Source: a virus | Lineage: Duplodnaviria > Caudoviricetes | IMG/VR virus record: IMGVR_UViG_3300037602_000023 | Span: 1 to 35,702 of that record | DNA: 35,702 bases | Strand: one strand, 5' to 3' | Part shown: piece after piece, positions 26,430 through 35,157 of the stretch | How the letters are laid out: each line of letters begins with the position of its first letter | How positions within the stretch are numbered: the first letter of the stretch is position 1 | Made by a program: the position numbers and the translations under genes | Notes under the pieces: generated by a model | What the model was told of the DNA's origin: nothing | Seen by the model: the letters and a program-made list of their open reading frames with translations, nothing else | Databases searched by the model: none

Positions 26430-27632
26430 ATGGCTACTGCACCAATATCAGATACCGACACAAGAGCTGAGTATACAGCAACGGCTTCCCAAACAACATT
26501 CGCCTATACTTGGTGGATAAAGGAAGAGTCTGACTTAGATGTCTATGTCGATGGAACTTTAAAGACACTTACGACAGACTATACCATTTCTGCCGTTCAG
26601 TCTGTGTCTGGTGCTAATGTCGTGTTTAACTCAGGGTTAAGCGGCGGTGAGTCTGTTATCATTGAAACAACACCAGATATAGAAAGAGCAACTGAATTTT
26701 CAACATCAGGGTCATTCAAGGCGGCAGACCTAAACTTAGAGCTGACTTACCTAGTATTCCTTTTGCAATATTTAAGAACAGAGCTTGACCGTACAGCAAA
26801 GCTATCTGCAAGCGTGACGGGAGTAACATCAGTTGTTCTCCCTGCCCCAGCTGACGGCCAGTTTGTAGCGTGGGATGGCACTGGCGGTAGCATGAAAAAC
26901 ATAAGCGTTTCGTCTATTGGTTCGGCCGTTTTACCTTCGTCAATTACAGACAACGCTTTAATCAAAGCAGACGGCACTAGCGGAAATGTATACCAGTCTA
27001 CGGGGATAACTATTGATGATTCAAACAATATCAGCGGTGTTGGAACAGTTGATGGACGAGACGTAGCAGCAGATGGGTCAAAATTAGACGGTATTGAAGC
27101 GGGCGCAGATGTTACAGATTCAACCAATGTTTTGGCGTCATTAAGTGGACAGGCATTAGCTGTAGCCACGGTAGACACAGGGCAGGGCGCTAATGAGCTT
27201 TACGCTATGGATCAAGATGTGCAAACAACGGATGATGTGACGTTCGCTTCTGTAAACACAGGTAACGGCGCGGTTGAGCTTTATCCGTCTGGTACATATA
27301 CACCTACATTGACAGAGACATCTGGAATCACATCAAGTTCTGTTGGGACGTGTTACTATTATAGAGTTGGTAATATGGTTCATGTGTTTGGTTCTGTAAC
27401 AATTGAGCCAAGCGGTGTATCAGCAGACACAATCCTTGATGTTAGTTTGCCAATAGCATCTGACCTAACAGCTGGTGGGCAATTGTCTGGGGCGTTCAGA
27501 GTCGCAAACGCTGGTGATCAGCCAGTCGGGGTTATATTTGGAAACACGGGTGATGTGGCGAGGTTTAGAATTACGGCAGGGAATGTTGCATCTCGTGAAT
27601 TTAGCTTCCTTTTTTCATATGTTGTTTTATAA
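26430..27632 (+). CDS. tail fiber protein (T7 gp17-like N-terminal anchor)
   Basis: YTATASQTTFAY...DLDVYVDG...DYT anchor; C-terminal GTYTPTL...YYRVGNMV...SLP receptor-binding-type domain. Confidence 0.85.
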   Translation: MATAPISDTDTRAEYTATASQTTFAYTWWIKEESDLDVYVDGTLKTLTTDYTISAVQSVSGANVVFNSGLSGGESVIIETTPDIERATEFSTSGSFKAADLNLELTYLVFLLQYLRTELDRTAKLSASVTGVTSVVLPAPADGQFVAWDGTGGSMKNISVSSIGSAVLPSSITDNALIKADGTSGNVYQSTGITIDDSNNISGVGTVDGRDVAADGSKLDGIEAGADVTDSTNVLASLSGQALAVATVDTGQGANELYAMDQDVQTTDDVTFASVNTGNGAVELYPSGTYTPTLTETSGITSSSVGTCYYYRVGNMVHVFGSVTIEPSGVSADTILDVSLPIASDLTAGGQLSGAFRVANAGDQPVGVIFGNTGDVARFRITAGNVASREFSFLFSYVVL

Positions 27633-27641
27633 GGAGTGGTT

Positions 27642-27866
27642 ATGAAGATAGAGTACAAAGTAAATAGCGGGGGTCATATCCATTTTTATAAATGGGATGA
27701 AAATGAAAATTTGACAACAGCAACCGTTCAGGTTGGTAAAAAAGATATGTTGGTTGAGGTGGCTGGTCAGGAATTGGCTGATGAGCTTGAGGCGAAACAT
27801 TGGACACAAGAATTAATAGACGCATACGAAGAAGAAGAAAGGCGATTTTTTAATGATATTTCTTAA
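27642..27866 (+). CDS. small tail-fiber-associated protein (possible chaperone)
   Basis: AAGGAG RBS; WTQELIDAY C-terminus; between fiber and tailspike. Confidence 0.5.
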   Translation: MKIEYKVNSGGHIHFYKWDENENLTTATVQVGKKDMLVEVAGQELADELEAKHWTQELIDAYEEEERRFFNDIS

Positions 27867-29379
27867 TAAGGCAGAGGCAGAAAACACAAACTTAAGTGGC
27901 GAAAGCTGGGTTGAGTTACTTAACCTTGATACAGTTGGTGATTATGGTGGCGGTACTTATTACCCTGTTGCTTCTGAGCCATCCCACTTAGGTAAGTTCC
28001 AATCGGCAGATGGCACTTGGTGGGAGCTTGTGACATCAGAGCCTAATATTTCTCAGTTTGGCGCGCGTTCACATACGTCTGACATGTATGCTAATGATAA
28101 CACTTTAGCGCTCAAATCAGCGCTTCAATATTGCAAAGATAAAGAAGTGTATCAATTAAAAGCGTTTGGCGGTACATATGCTATTAATGACACGATTATT
28201 ATCCCAAGCGGCGTTACATTAAGGGGTCAAGGAAACACTGACGTAGAGGACAACAATTCCAGAGGGACAAAGTTTAGAACATATGCCGCTTCGCGCCCTG
28301 CTGGTGGATTATGGACTGATGTTGATGGTAATGATCCAACAGATTATGCACCATTTTTTGTGTTAGGTGGAAGTGAGGCACAGCTTGTTGACTTGACTAT
28401 TGAAAACAACACTGGCGGCACAGCTGCAAAATGGGACTGCGGTATCTTTTTGCCTTGCGTACAAAGATGCAGAATTATCAATGTTGATGTACGCGGTAAG
28501 TTTTTGGACGCTGGGATTAGGGTTGACGCCACTTGGTCAAGCTTAAATACAACATTAATGTCGGCTCAGCCAGATGTTACGCCAGCCATAGGGATGAATG
28601 ATCTACATGTTGAGGATTGCCGTATTATCGCTGGTAGGTGGGCAATTAAATATAAGGGTACTGACAGGGCTGGATCAACAGATCCGTTTGTATGGTCGCC
28701 TGGCGGTGTATCTGATCATATGTGGATCAATTGCCGCATATCCAACAATGCTCTTGATACACAGACCAGTCTTGTTGATTCTGGTTGTCTTCATATAGAT
28801 TTGCGCGGTGAGGGAAATTACATCGGGCAGGGCCAGTATTTCACGCGCTGTCACTTTAGATCACAAGGTATCTATATGGTTTATCTTGATAAAGCAAGAC
28901 GTGTTCAATTTACAGATTGTTATGGTGAAGCCACTTCTGGATGGTATAATTCTGTTGGACAAGTTAAGACAAAGATTTACTCAACGGCAAACACGTCTCA
29001 TGTTTACCATCAAGGGGATAGCATGTTCAATAATAGTGTTGAGAATGATTGGAATGGTGCTGGTAATCAGACAGTTATTGAGTATGACGGCACTGGTGTA
29101 TCTTCTATTGGTAATGTTATTAAAACAACGGCAACAATAGACTTCCCATCACTAGCGCCACATTCTCATTCTTGGGGGACTGGTGACATTACTATGATTG
29201 GCGCAGAAGTTGGAGATATTGTAGATGTCGAATTTAATGGCCTTGTCGGCAATAATTTACTTGATTTAAAGGCATATGTGAAGTCAGCAGATACCGTTAG
29301 AATTGTAATGATTAATAATTCTGACACACAAACATTAGACCCAGCAAGCCGTGATTTTAACTTAAGAATTATTAAATAA
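27853..29379 (+). CDS. tailspike with pectate-lyase-like right-handed beta-helix (putative depolymerase)
   Basis: GDYGGGTY...QSADGTWWEL, NISQFGA...DNT.AL..AL, GTYAI...IPSGVTLRGQG. Confidence 0.8.
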   Translation: MIFLNKAEAENTNLSGESWVELLNLDTVGDYGGGTYYPVASEPSHLGKFQSADGTWWELVTSEPNISQFGARSHTSDMYANDNTLALKSALQYCKDKEVYQLKAFGGTYAINDTIIIPSGVTLRGQGNTDVEDNNSRGTKFRTYAASRPAGGLWTDVDGNDPTDYAPFFVLGGSEAQLVDLTIENNTGGTAAKWDCGIFLPCVQRCRIINVDVRGKFLDAGIRVDATWSSLNTTLMSAQPDVTPAIGMNDLHVEDCRIIAGRWAIKYKGTDRAGSTDPFVWSPGGVSDHMWINCRISNNALDTQTSLVDSGCLHIDLRGEGNYIGQGQYFTRCHFRSQGIYMVYLDKARRVQFTDCYGEATSGWYNSVGQVKTKIYSTANTSHVYHQGDSMFNNSVENDWNGAGNQTVIEYDGTGVSSIGNVIKTTATIDFPSLAPHSHSWGTGDITMIGAEVGDIVDVEFNGLVGNNLLDLKAYVKSADTVRIVMINNSDTQTLDPASRDFNLRIIK

Positions 29380-29679
29380 ATGAATGATAGCAATAACATA
29401 GACAGAACATTGGGTAAGCTTGAAGCAACTTTAGAAACTTTAGTTGACCAAAACAAAATCCTAAACAAGAAGTTGGATGCAATATCTGACTCTCATGCTG
29501 GCTATGATATTCGCATTAGATTCACTCAGGAAAAACTAGAGGAAATTGAAGGCAAGGTTAATGACCACGAAAAGTTTAAAACACGGGTATTGACTGTCGT
29601 AATGGTCATTAGCGGTGGGATTGGTTTTGTTAGTCACGTTTTATCTAAGTGGTTATCTAAAATAGCTGGTGGTTTTTAA
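29380..29679 (+). CDS. coiled-coil protein with C-terminal transmembrane helix (lysis-cassette accessory, XhlA-like architecture)
   Basis: LGKLEA heptads; VLTVVMVISGGIGFVSHVL. Confidence 0.6.
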   Translation: MNDSNNIDRTLGKLEATLETLVDQNKILNKKLDAISDSHAGYDIRIRFTQEKLEEIEGKVNDHEKFKTRVLTVVMVISGGIGFVSHVLSKWLSKIAGGF

Positions 29680-29680
29680 A

Positions 29681-30034
29681 ATGAAAGTTGGTTATATAGA
29701 AGATAATGATGGCGATGTGTTTTTAGTAAAAGGGTATTTTGGAAACAAGGCAGAAGTTTATCCCTATACTAAGTTTGAGGATTATCTAACATCTGATGTA
29801 GAGCATGACCTTGTGCTGTCTGACTTAGGAATACCTGATTATACTTTTGAAGCATTAAACAAGGCAGTGGAAAAGGAAGAATGTAAGTTCATCATTCTTT
29901 CTGGCTTGGCTGGATTTGATAGACAAACAGTGGCATACTTAAAGAGCAAGGGTGTAACAGATGTTTTATCAAAGCACACCTTGACACCAACTAAAGCAAG
30001 GGAGTTAGCTAATGTTTGTAAAAGACTGGGGTAA
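29681..30034 (+). CDS. single-domain response regulator receiver (CheY-like REC) protein
   Basis: beta1 VGYIEDN (E7,D8), beta3 DLVLSDLGIPD (D48), beta4 FIILSG (S74), beta5 GVTDVLSK (K98); 117 aa, no output domain. Confidence 0.8.
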   Translation: MKVGYIEDNDGDVFLVKGYFGNKAEVYPYTKFEDYLTSDVEHDLVLSDLGIPDYTFEALNKAVEKEECKFIILSGLAGFDRQTVAYLKSKGVTDVLSKHTLTPTKARELANVCKRLG

Positions 30035-30404
30035 ATACAAAAACTTTAACGAAGCTGAGTTTAGATGTTCACACTCTAACCAAGCCTATATGACCATAGA
30101 ATTTATGGAAAAGTTACAGGCTATGCGGACTGAGCTAGGCAGGCCTATGAAGATTAACTCAGGCTATCGTTCACCAGAACACCCTATAGAAAAAGCTAAA
30201 GACAGGCGTGGTGAGCATACATATGGCTGTGCTGCTGACATACAATGTTCTCCTGGTGAGGCCATTGAAATAGTTGGTCTTGCTATTAAACACGGCTTTA
30301 CACGCATAGGCATAAACCAAAAGGGGCCGTATGCTGGACGGTTTATTCATGTGGGCTTAGGTTATGATGACCTATTCCCACGCAATGTTATGTGGAGTTA
30401 CTAA
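30012..30404 (+). CDS. endolysin, peptidase M15A family
   Basis: F...EF.C, INSGYRSPEH, H..G.AAD, GF.RIG...FIHV. Confidence 0.88.
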   Translation: MFVKDWGKYKNFNEAEFRCSHSNQAYMTIEFMEKLQAMRTELGRPMKINSGYRSPEHPIEKAKDRRGEHTYGCAADIQCSPGEAIEIVGLAIKHGFTRIGINQKGPYAGRFIHVGLGYDDLFPRNVMWSY

Positions 30405-30775
30405 TGGGCATACAAGCAATCCTACCGTTACTAGGCACATTGGCCGACAAGGTGTTTGACACTAAAGAAAAGGCTGATGAATTTAAGGCCGCTATGGACA
30501 GGGCGGCGGCGGATGTTATTATGACAGAAGCTAAGGGTGAATCTTGGTTGCAACGTAACTGGCGCCCAATTACAATGCTGTTCTTCTTAGTTCTTCTAGG
30601 CTCTTACTGGTTCGGCTATGCCCCAGAGTATTTGATAGAAAATCCATCCGTTGTTGAGCGTGTGTTCTTCTTGCTTCAAATTGGTATTGGCGGGTACATT
30701 GGCGGGCGCAGTGTTGAGAAGATTGCAAAAGAGATTGCCCCAGTTCTAAAAGAGAAACGAAAGTACAATGACTAA
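30404..30775 (+). CDS. holin of 3TM (GTA-type) family
   Basis: EAKGESWLQRNWRP...GIGGY..GRS.EK. Confidence 0.85.
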   Translation: MGIQAILPLLGTLADKVFDTKEKADEFKAAMDRAAADVIMTEAKGESWLQRNWRPITMLFFLVLLGSYWFGYAPEYLIENPSVVERVFFLLQIGIGGYIGGRSVEKIAKEIAPVLKEKRKYND

Positions 30776-31026
30776 AGGTTGTCGAAACTTTCATTAAAAT
30801 CCTCTTTAATAATGTCTCTCAAATCAGGAACGCTCTCTGCAATAGATGTTAGTATGTGTATTAGACTTAAGCTTAGAAGTTCTACATCGTCTACGTTCTG
30901 ACATGAGTTCTCAAATATATCAAAAGCTGTTTGTACAACATCTTCGTCAGTAAAGAAACTCATGTTAAAATCCACCTGTGTTACATCGTTGGCGGCTGGC
31001 TTAGGAAATTTGATTATGTTCGACAT
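30772..31026 (-). CDS. hypothetical acidic protein
   Basis: ORF track; MSNIIKFP start; stop codon overlaps holin stop. Confidence 0.7.
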   Translation of the reverse strand: MSNIIKFPKPAANDVTQVDFNMSFFTDEDVVQTAFDIFENSCQNVDDVELLSLSLIHILTSIAESVPDLRDIIKEDFNESFDNL

Positions 31027-31507
31027 ATTCTAACTCATCTATAGCTGTTTGTATTGGATAGTCTTTGATGGTCATCCACTTTCTGTTTCTATTATCACAT
31101 AAGTCTAAACTTAATGGAAGCTTAACTGAGGCATTGTTACACACATTAAGCCAAGGGATGTAGGCAATAGACATGCTATCCAAGGCCACACAGGCCAGTA
31201 TATCAAAGTCATTGTCTTTATACTTTGGTGCGCCGTTAGCTGTGGCTCTGGCTATTCTGAATGTGTAAGAAGGTGTGTCGTTCCGCGAAGGTGGTGATTG
31301 GCGGCACCTGGCTGTTGTTTTCACTTGTATTCTTAAGAGCCGCGACTTGTCTAATGTTTCAGCCAAGATGTCATACTTAGAGTTTTGGTTACACATGACA
31401 GGGTTGTGGCCGTTTAACAGTAAGTCAGCACAAACGATATGCTCGCCAGCTATACCAATGTTGAGTGAGTCTTTCTGCCTGGACAGCTTATCCCCTGTGT
31501 ATTTCAT
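31001..31507 (-). CDS. PD-(D/E)XK endonuclease (group I intron-associated / I-Ssp6803I-like family)
   Basis: GIAGEHIVCADL..G, YDIL, RIQVKT, Y...DFD..A motifs. Confidence 0.8.
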   Translation of the reverse strand: MKYTGDKLSRQKDSLNIGIAGEHIVCADLLLNGHNPVMCNQNSKYDILAETLDKSRLLRIQVKTTARCRQSPPSRNDTPSYTFRIARATANGAPKYKDNDFDILACVALDSMSIAYIPWLNVCNNASVKLPLSLDLCDNRNRKWMTIKDYPIQTAIDELEYVEHNQIS

Positions 31508-31544
31508 ATGCCTATGTTAAACCATAAACATATGTTTTTCTATG

Positions 31545-31573
31545 GGGTTAGGCCCCAGATCAAAGTTTGTCAA
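31545..31573 (-). promoter_or_regulatory. candidate promoter for the endonuclease, overlapped by a palindrome
   Basis: TTGACA-N17-TAACCC; TGGGG-N5-CCCCA over the -10; AAACATATGTTT downstream. Confidence 0.5.
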
Positions 31574-31578
31574 AAATT

Positions 31579-31613
31579 AAAAAGGCAAGTAGACATAAGC
31601 CTACCTGCCTTTT
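31579..31613 (-). terminator. intrinsic terminator
   Basis: AGGCAGGUAGGC-UUAU-GUCUACUUGCCU-UUUU; G-U pairs favour the minus strand. Confidence 0.85.
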
Positions 31614-31645
31614 GAAACTTTAAACAGGATAGCAACCGCTATCTA
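31579..31645 (-). ncRNA. candidate ~65-nt small RNA
   Basis: Promoter TTGACG(31679-31674)-N17-TTCAAT(31656-31651); 5' hairpin GAUAGC-GGUU-GCUAUC; ends at the terminator. Confidence 0.45.
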
Positions 31646-31712
31646 CTTATATTGAACCACAAAAAACTTCGCACGTCAATCGTTCCTTTTATTATTAGGC
31701 TTCACGATATTT

Positions 31713-32501
31713 TCATCTTTTCCCCATGTGTTTTAAAATGTGCGCTATAACATCAACAGTCCATCCGTTGCCAAGCATTTTATAGCGTTGGGTGTTGCTT
31801 ACCCCTTCGGTGTAGTTATCTGGTAAAGTTTGAAGCCATTCGCACTCGATAGGGGTAAGTTTTCTGTATTGCCCAAGCCTACAGTCCTCAAACACTAATT
31901 GTCTTCTTCTTTTCTCAAAATAACTTTTTTTATTTCCACCTTTCCAGTAATTTGCATCTATGCAATATGCCTTGTCCTTGTCCACAAATCCGTTTTCAAT
32001 ACTGTCTTTCAGCAAAATTCCCTTATCCTCTGGCTCTGTCGCATCCCAGTTAAACCAGTAATAGCGCTGTCTATTTTGCGCCGATACGAGAGCAGAGTTT
32101 ATAAACATAGGCTCAACGCCCATATAATTTGTGATAACGCCAAGATGTTCTTTCTTCATTTTCACGTTTTCAAGAAGCTTAAAGCGCGGTTTGTAATGCT
32201 CTATAATATCCATCATTGTGAAGAATAGCTTTGAGCGCGGGTCATCAAAAGCAAGCTGTTTCCCTGCAAAACTAAAACCCTGACACGGTGAGCCGCCAAT
32301 AATCAAATCTGGCTTTTCAATATCCCATTCGCGCCAATTCTCAACGTCACCAAGCTGTATAATATCAGGATGGTTTTTCATTGCGATCTGAATTGCGTAT
32401 TTATCAATTTCGCTCGCATAATATTTCGTCACAGGTATACCAGCACGTTTCAGTGCTTCATATCCGCATGACATGCCATCAAATAAACTAAGTACAATCA
32501 T
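31713..32501 (-). CDS. C5 cytosine DNA methyltransferase
   Basis: Motif I SLFDG, motif IV GGSPCQGFS, motif VI LENV, motif VIII QNRQR, motif X RYKMLGNGW. Confidence 0.93.
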   Translation of the reverse strand: MIVLSLFDGMSCGYEALKRAGIPVTKYYASEIDKYAIQIAMKNHPDIIQLGDVENWREWDIEKPDLIIGGSPCQGFSFAGKQLAFDDPRSKLFFTMMDIIEHYKPRFKLLENVKMKKEHLGVITNYMGVEPMFINSALVSAQNRQRYYWFNWDATEPEDKGILLKDSIENGFVDKDKAYCIDANYWKGGNKKSYFEKRRRQLVFEDCRLGQYRKLTPIECEWLQTLPDNYTEGVSNTQRYKMLGNGWTVDVIAHILKHMGKR

Positions 32502-32653
32502 CTCTTCAACTCCCTCATAACATAAACCCTCGCTGGCTTATCTCTCTTTGTCTTGTTTAGCACCCTCATTAAATGCACCATCCAGACCTTATCATTTGTT
32601 GTGTCTAGCTTTTTCGCGGCGTATTCAAATATAGGTATTATTTTAGCTGTCAC
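32498..32653 (-). CDS. hypothetical protein
   Basis: GTGA/ATGA overlaps at both ends; GGAGG RBS. Confidence 0.55.
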   Translation of the reverse strand: MTAKIIPIFEYAAKKLDTTNDKVWMVHLMRVLNKTKRDKPARVYVMRELKR

Positions 32654-33030
32654 AATACCTCCATAATCTTCTTTATCAGCGTGTCGTTGTCGGGAAGATA
32701 GCACCACGATGTAGGTATGAAATTAAGTAAGTGCTTACGTCCAAACCATTTGTATTTATCTTGTTTTCCAAACAAACCATACCCTCTTGTAAATTCCGCA
32801 AGAGAAAGACTAGAATCATCGCTAACAAGGATTACCGTATCCCTCGGCGCTTCATCCATATTCTCATTCCAGCACATAGCCTTTAAGTCGGCTTGCTCTA
32901 ATAGGGATAGGATTGTGAGGGCTTTGCGGATTGTTTCTGAATGTGGCATTACAACTTCACCGCCGTGTACCTTAAAATTCTGATATTCTAACCATTCTAA
33001 AGCCATTTCCGCATCTGTTTTATTTGTCAT
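32650..33030 (-). CDS. hypothetical protein with DUF551-like C-terminus
   Basis: W...DEAPRD..ILV...PTSW..LP. Confidence 0.6.
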   Translation of the reverse strand: MTNKTDAEMALEWLEYQNFKVHGGEVVMPHSETIRKALTILSLLEQADLKAMCWNENMDEAPRDTVILVSDDSSLSLAEFTRGYGLFGKQDKYKWFGRKHLLNFIPTSWCYLPDNDTLIKKIMEVL

Positions 33031-33407
33031 TGGCTTTCTCTTTCTTCTCTAACATATTCGCACTTTTTGACCTGCAATTTATCCAACGCCTGCAGCGCCA
33101 TTATTAAATCTGGCAAGTCTTGGTAATATAAATACCCATAGTTATTAGTTTCTTCCTTGCCGAAATACAGGTGACGAACACCATCAAAGTATGCAACACC
33201 CTCAAATAAAACAGTGTATTCTATAGGTGATGGTGGATATGTTATTGGTCTGGAATAATAACTTAAAGCAGAAAAATCAAATCCATCACAATCTGTTTGA
33301 GGACGATAAATATCTTTATAAAGAAGAATCAAATCATCATTTTTAAGATTGATAATTTTATAACCATCTAAACCAAGTTGTTCTATAGTTTTACCATCAT
33401 CCATCAT
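33027..33407 (-). CDS. hypothetical protein
   Basis: ORF track; coupled overlaps. Confidence 0.7.
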   Translation of the reverse strand: MMDDGKTIEQLGLDGYKIINLKNDDLILLYKDIYRPQTDCDGFDFSALSYYSRPITYPPSPIEYTVLFEGVAYFDGVRHLYFGKEETNNYGYLYYQDLPDLIMALQALDKLQVKKCEYVREERESQ

Positions 33408-33560
33408 TCACTCCTTCTTTGGTTGATTGTTTTTTATCCAAATTAACGCTTCTGATTTTGAGTTAAACTCTTTGTCAGCAACTGGGTTTATCCATCCGTT
33501 CTTAAAAATAGAAACAATGTGTTTTTTAGTGCTGTCTTGAAACCAATATTCAGCTTTCAT
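33408..33560 (-). CDS. hypothetical protein (50 aa)
   Basis: Manual translation MKAEYWFQDSTKKHIVS...; GGAGG RBS. Confidence 0.6.
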   Translation of the reverse strand: MKAEYWFQDSTKKHIVSIFKNGWINPVADKEFNSKSEALIWIKNNQPKKE

Positions 33561-33853
33561 CACCCCTCCCTAATCTTTTGTATGGTTGCTAGGGTTTTGT
33601 TCCCTTGAGTGGTTAAAGAATAATTAGGCAGACCAAACTTCATTTCATGCTCCATAAACTTGTTAATAACCCCCTCAGCCACCTCAAGAGCGTCAAGCAG
33701 GGCTTGTTCTCTGGTGTGTTCAGCTTCGAGTACAGTCTCAAACCAAGTGGCAAGGACATCTTTATTTGAAAAAAATTGGGGATTTTTTATAGCCATACAT
33801 TGGATAACATCCGCGCATTCTTTTGCTCTATTCTTCAACTCATCACTCTTCAT
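33560..33853 (-). CDS. hypothetical protein
   Basis: ORF track 33560..33925; likely start MKSDELK with GGAG RBS. Confidence 0.65.
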   Translation of the reverse strand: MKSDELKNRAKECADVIQCMAIKNPQFFSNKDVLATWFETVLEAEHTREQALLDALEVAEGVINKFMEHEMKFGLPNYSLTTQGNKTLATIQKIREG

Positions 33854-34319
33854 TTTGTTTCTCCGATAGTAGGGTTGCTGCTTCATACATAAGAGCTGTG
33901 TCTGACCCCCATTCAATCTTCTCACACATAGAGATTACATCCGCTTTCATCTTTAGTCTTTTGGCTAAATCTTCTGCACCGTCACGCTTCACCTGTATTG
34001 TGTCGGGGGTTTGTAGGTAGCCATTGGCTATAAAATCCCTAACGGCCCTCATTTCATTTTTGCAATTATTAAAGTCTGTTTCTATCGTTGCTTCACAATA
34101 GGTTCCATCTTGTGAAAGGTGTTCGTAGGCTTCTGTAATAATTTTGATACCTTTACGTAGGTTCTCAACATCCACCGCCTTGTTTCGGTTTTTAAGGGTG
34201 GTGTAATAATCAATTACTTCATTGACTGCTTGCCTTGAAACAATGCACATAATTCCGTCCTCATCACATTGTTGTTGGTGTTTTAAAGCCACAATCGCTT
34301 CATCTATCTCTTTACTCAT
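33843..34319 (-). CDS. hypothetical (Ead/Ea22-like mosaic) protein
   Basis: QCDEDG..C.VSRQA motif; likely start MSKEID. Confidence 0.6.
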   Translation of the reverse strand: MSKEIDEAIVALKHQQQCDEDGIMCIVSRQAVNEVIDYYTTLKNRNKAVDVENLRKGIKIITEAYEHLSQDGTYCEATIETDFNNCKNEMRAVRDFIANGYLQTPDTIQVKRDGAEDLAKRLKMKADVISMCEKIEWGSDTALMYEAATLLSEKQNEE

Positions 34320-34563
34320 TTTCTTTTCTCTCCCATTGTTCTGTTGAATATTCACCTTCAGTAGGATCATTCCATCTTTTTAACATCTCTGTGTTCAAGT
34401 GATATGTTTCAGAACCGCTTCGGCCTTCTGAGATAATTTCTCGTTTACAATTTGGACACTTAAGGTTTAAATAGCCAAAAATAATAGCAGCCTTTATTTT
34501 TCCATCATAACCACAAGGACATGTAGGTTTTCCTTTAGGGTTTTTCAGGCTGTATTGTTTCAT
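34312..34563 (-). CDS. zinc-ribbon hypothetical protein
   Basis: CPCG...CPNC...WN; AGGAG RBS before MKQYS. Confidence 0.6.
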   Translation of the reverse strand: MKQYSLKNPKGKPTCPCGYDGKIKAAIIFGYLNLKCPNCKREIISEGRSGSETYHLNTEMLKRWNDPTEGEYSTEQWERKENE

Positions 34564-34579
34564 TGGTTTTGCTCCTTTT

Positions 34580-34702
34580 TTAATCTTGCCATCTATTTGA
34601 TATTTCAATTGCTATATGATTAGGGACCCAATTAGGCCGCGGCAATTTATCCCCCGCATCAACCAACTCTCTAAGCTTTTTTAGTTCATCTTCTGTAATC
34701 AT
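34580..34702 (-). CDS. hypothetical protein (40 aa)
   Basis: Manual translation MITEDELKKLRELVDAG...; ATGA overlap with upstream stop. Confidence 0.45.
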   Translation of the reverse strand: MITEDELKKLRELVDAGDKLPRPNWVPNHIAIEISNRWQD

Positions 34703-35157
34703 AGCGCCCCCACTGAAATTAGAAAAGCATAGTCATCATATGTGCTTTTGGCTGTTTCCTCGTCTTTGAAGTAGTGTTTTACGCCTATTATTTGACTGGA
34801 ATATACGACATCACAGTAAAACTCCTGGCTAATACAACCATATTGAACACAAAATTTTCTTTGATTACTATTCCGCCAATCAGGCTCAAACGCCTTTGAT
34901 TCAATTCGCTTGCGAGCATCTATGACTTTTTGCGCTACACCAACACGGAATACGTTGTTATTGGATAGGCGGTAGTGGTCGAAGGTATCATTTTCCCATC
35001 TATCTTTACACACATCGCCAAGGCTGTTAATACACTCATAATAATCACCAATCTCAGGTACAAACCGACCTTCCTCTTGCTTCTCAACAGGCAGTGTCTC
35101 AATAGCCTCGTCAATGCTTTGCTTTAGTCCTTCGAGTATTTCTTTAGTTGTTTTCAT
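34699..35157 (-). CDS. hypothetical phage protein
   Basis: ORF track; P..GD.Y...G...W...D....N.F and PDW....K...YF motifs. Confidence 0.75.
   Translation of the reverse strand: MKTTKEILEGLKQSIDEAIETLPVEKQEEGRFVPEIGDYYECINSLGDVCKDRWENDTFDHYRLSNNNVFRVGVAQKVIDARKRIESKAFEPDWRNSNQRKFCVQYGCISQEFYCDVVYSSQIIGVKHYFKDEETAKSTYDDYAFLISVGAL

Noticed and set aside
14620-27178. Many antisense ORFs over structural genes
   Set aside because: Mirror frames of well-supported + strand genes, without RBS or motifs
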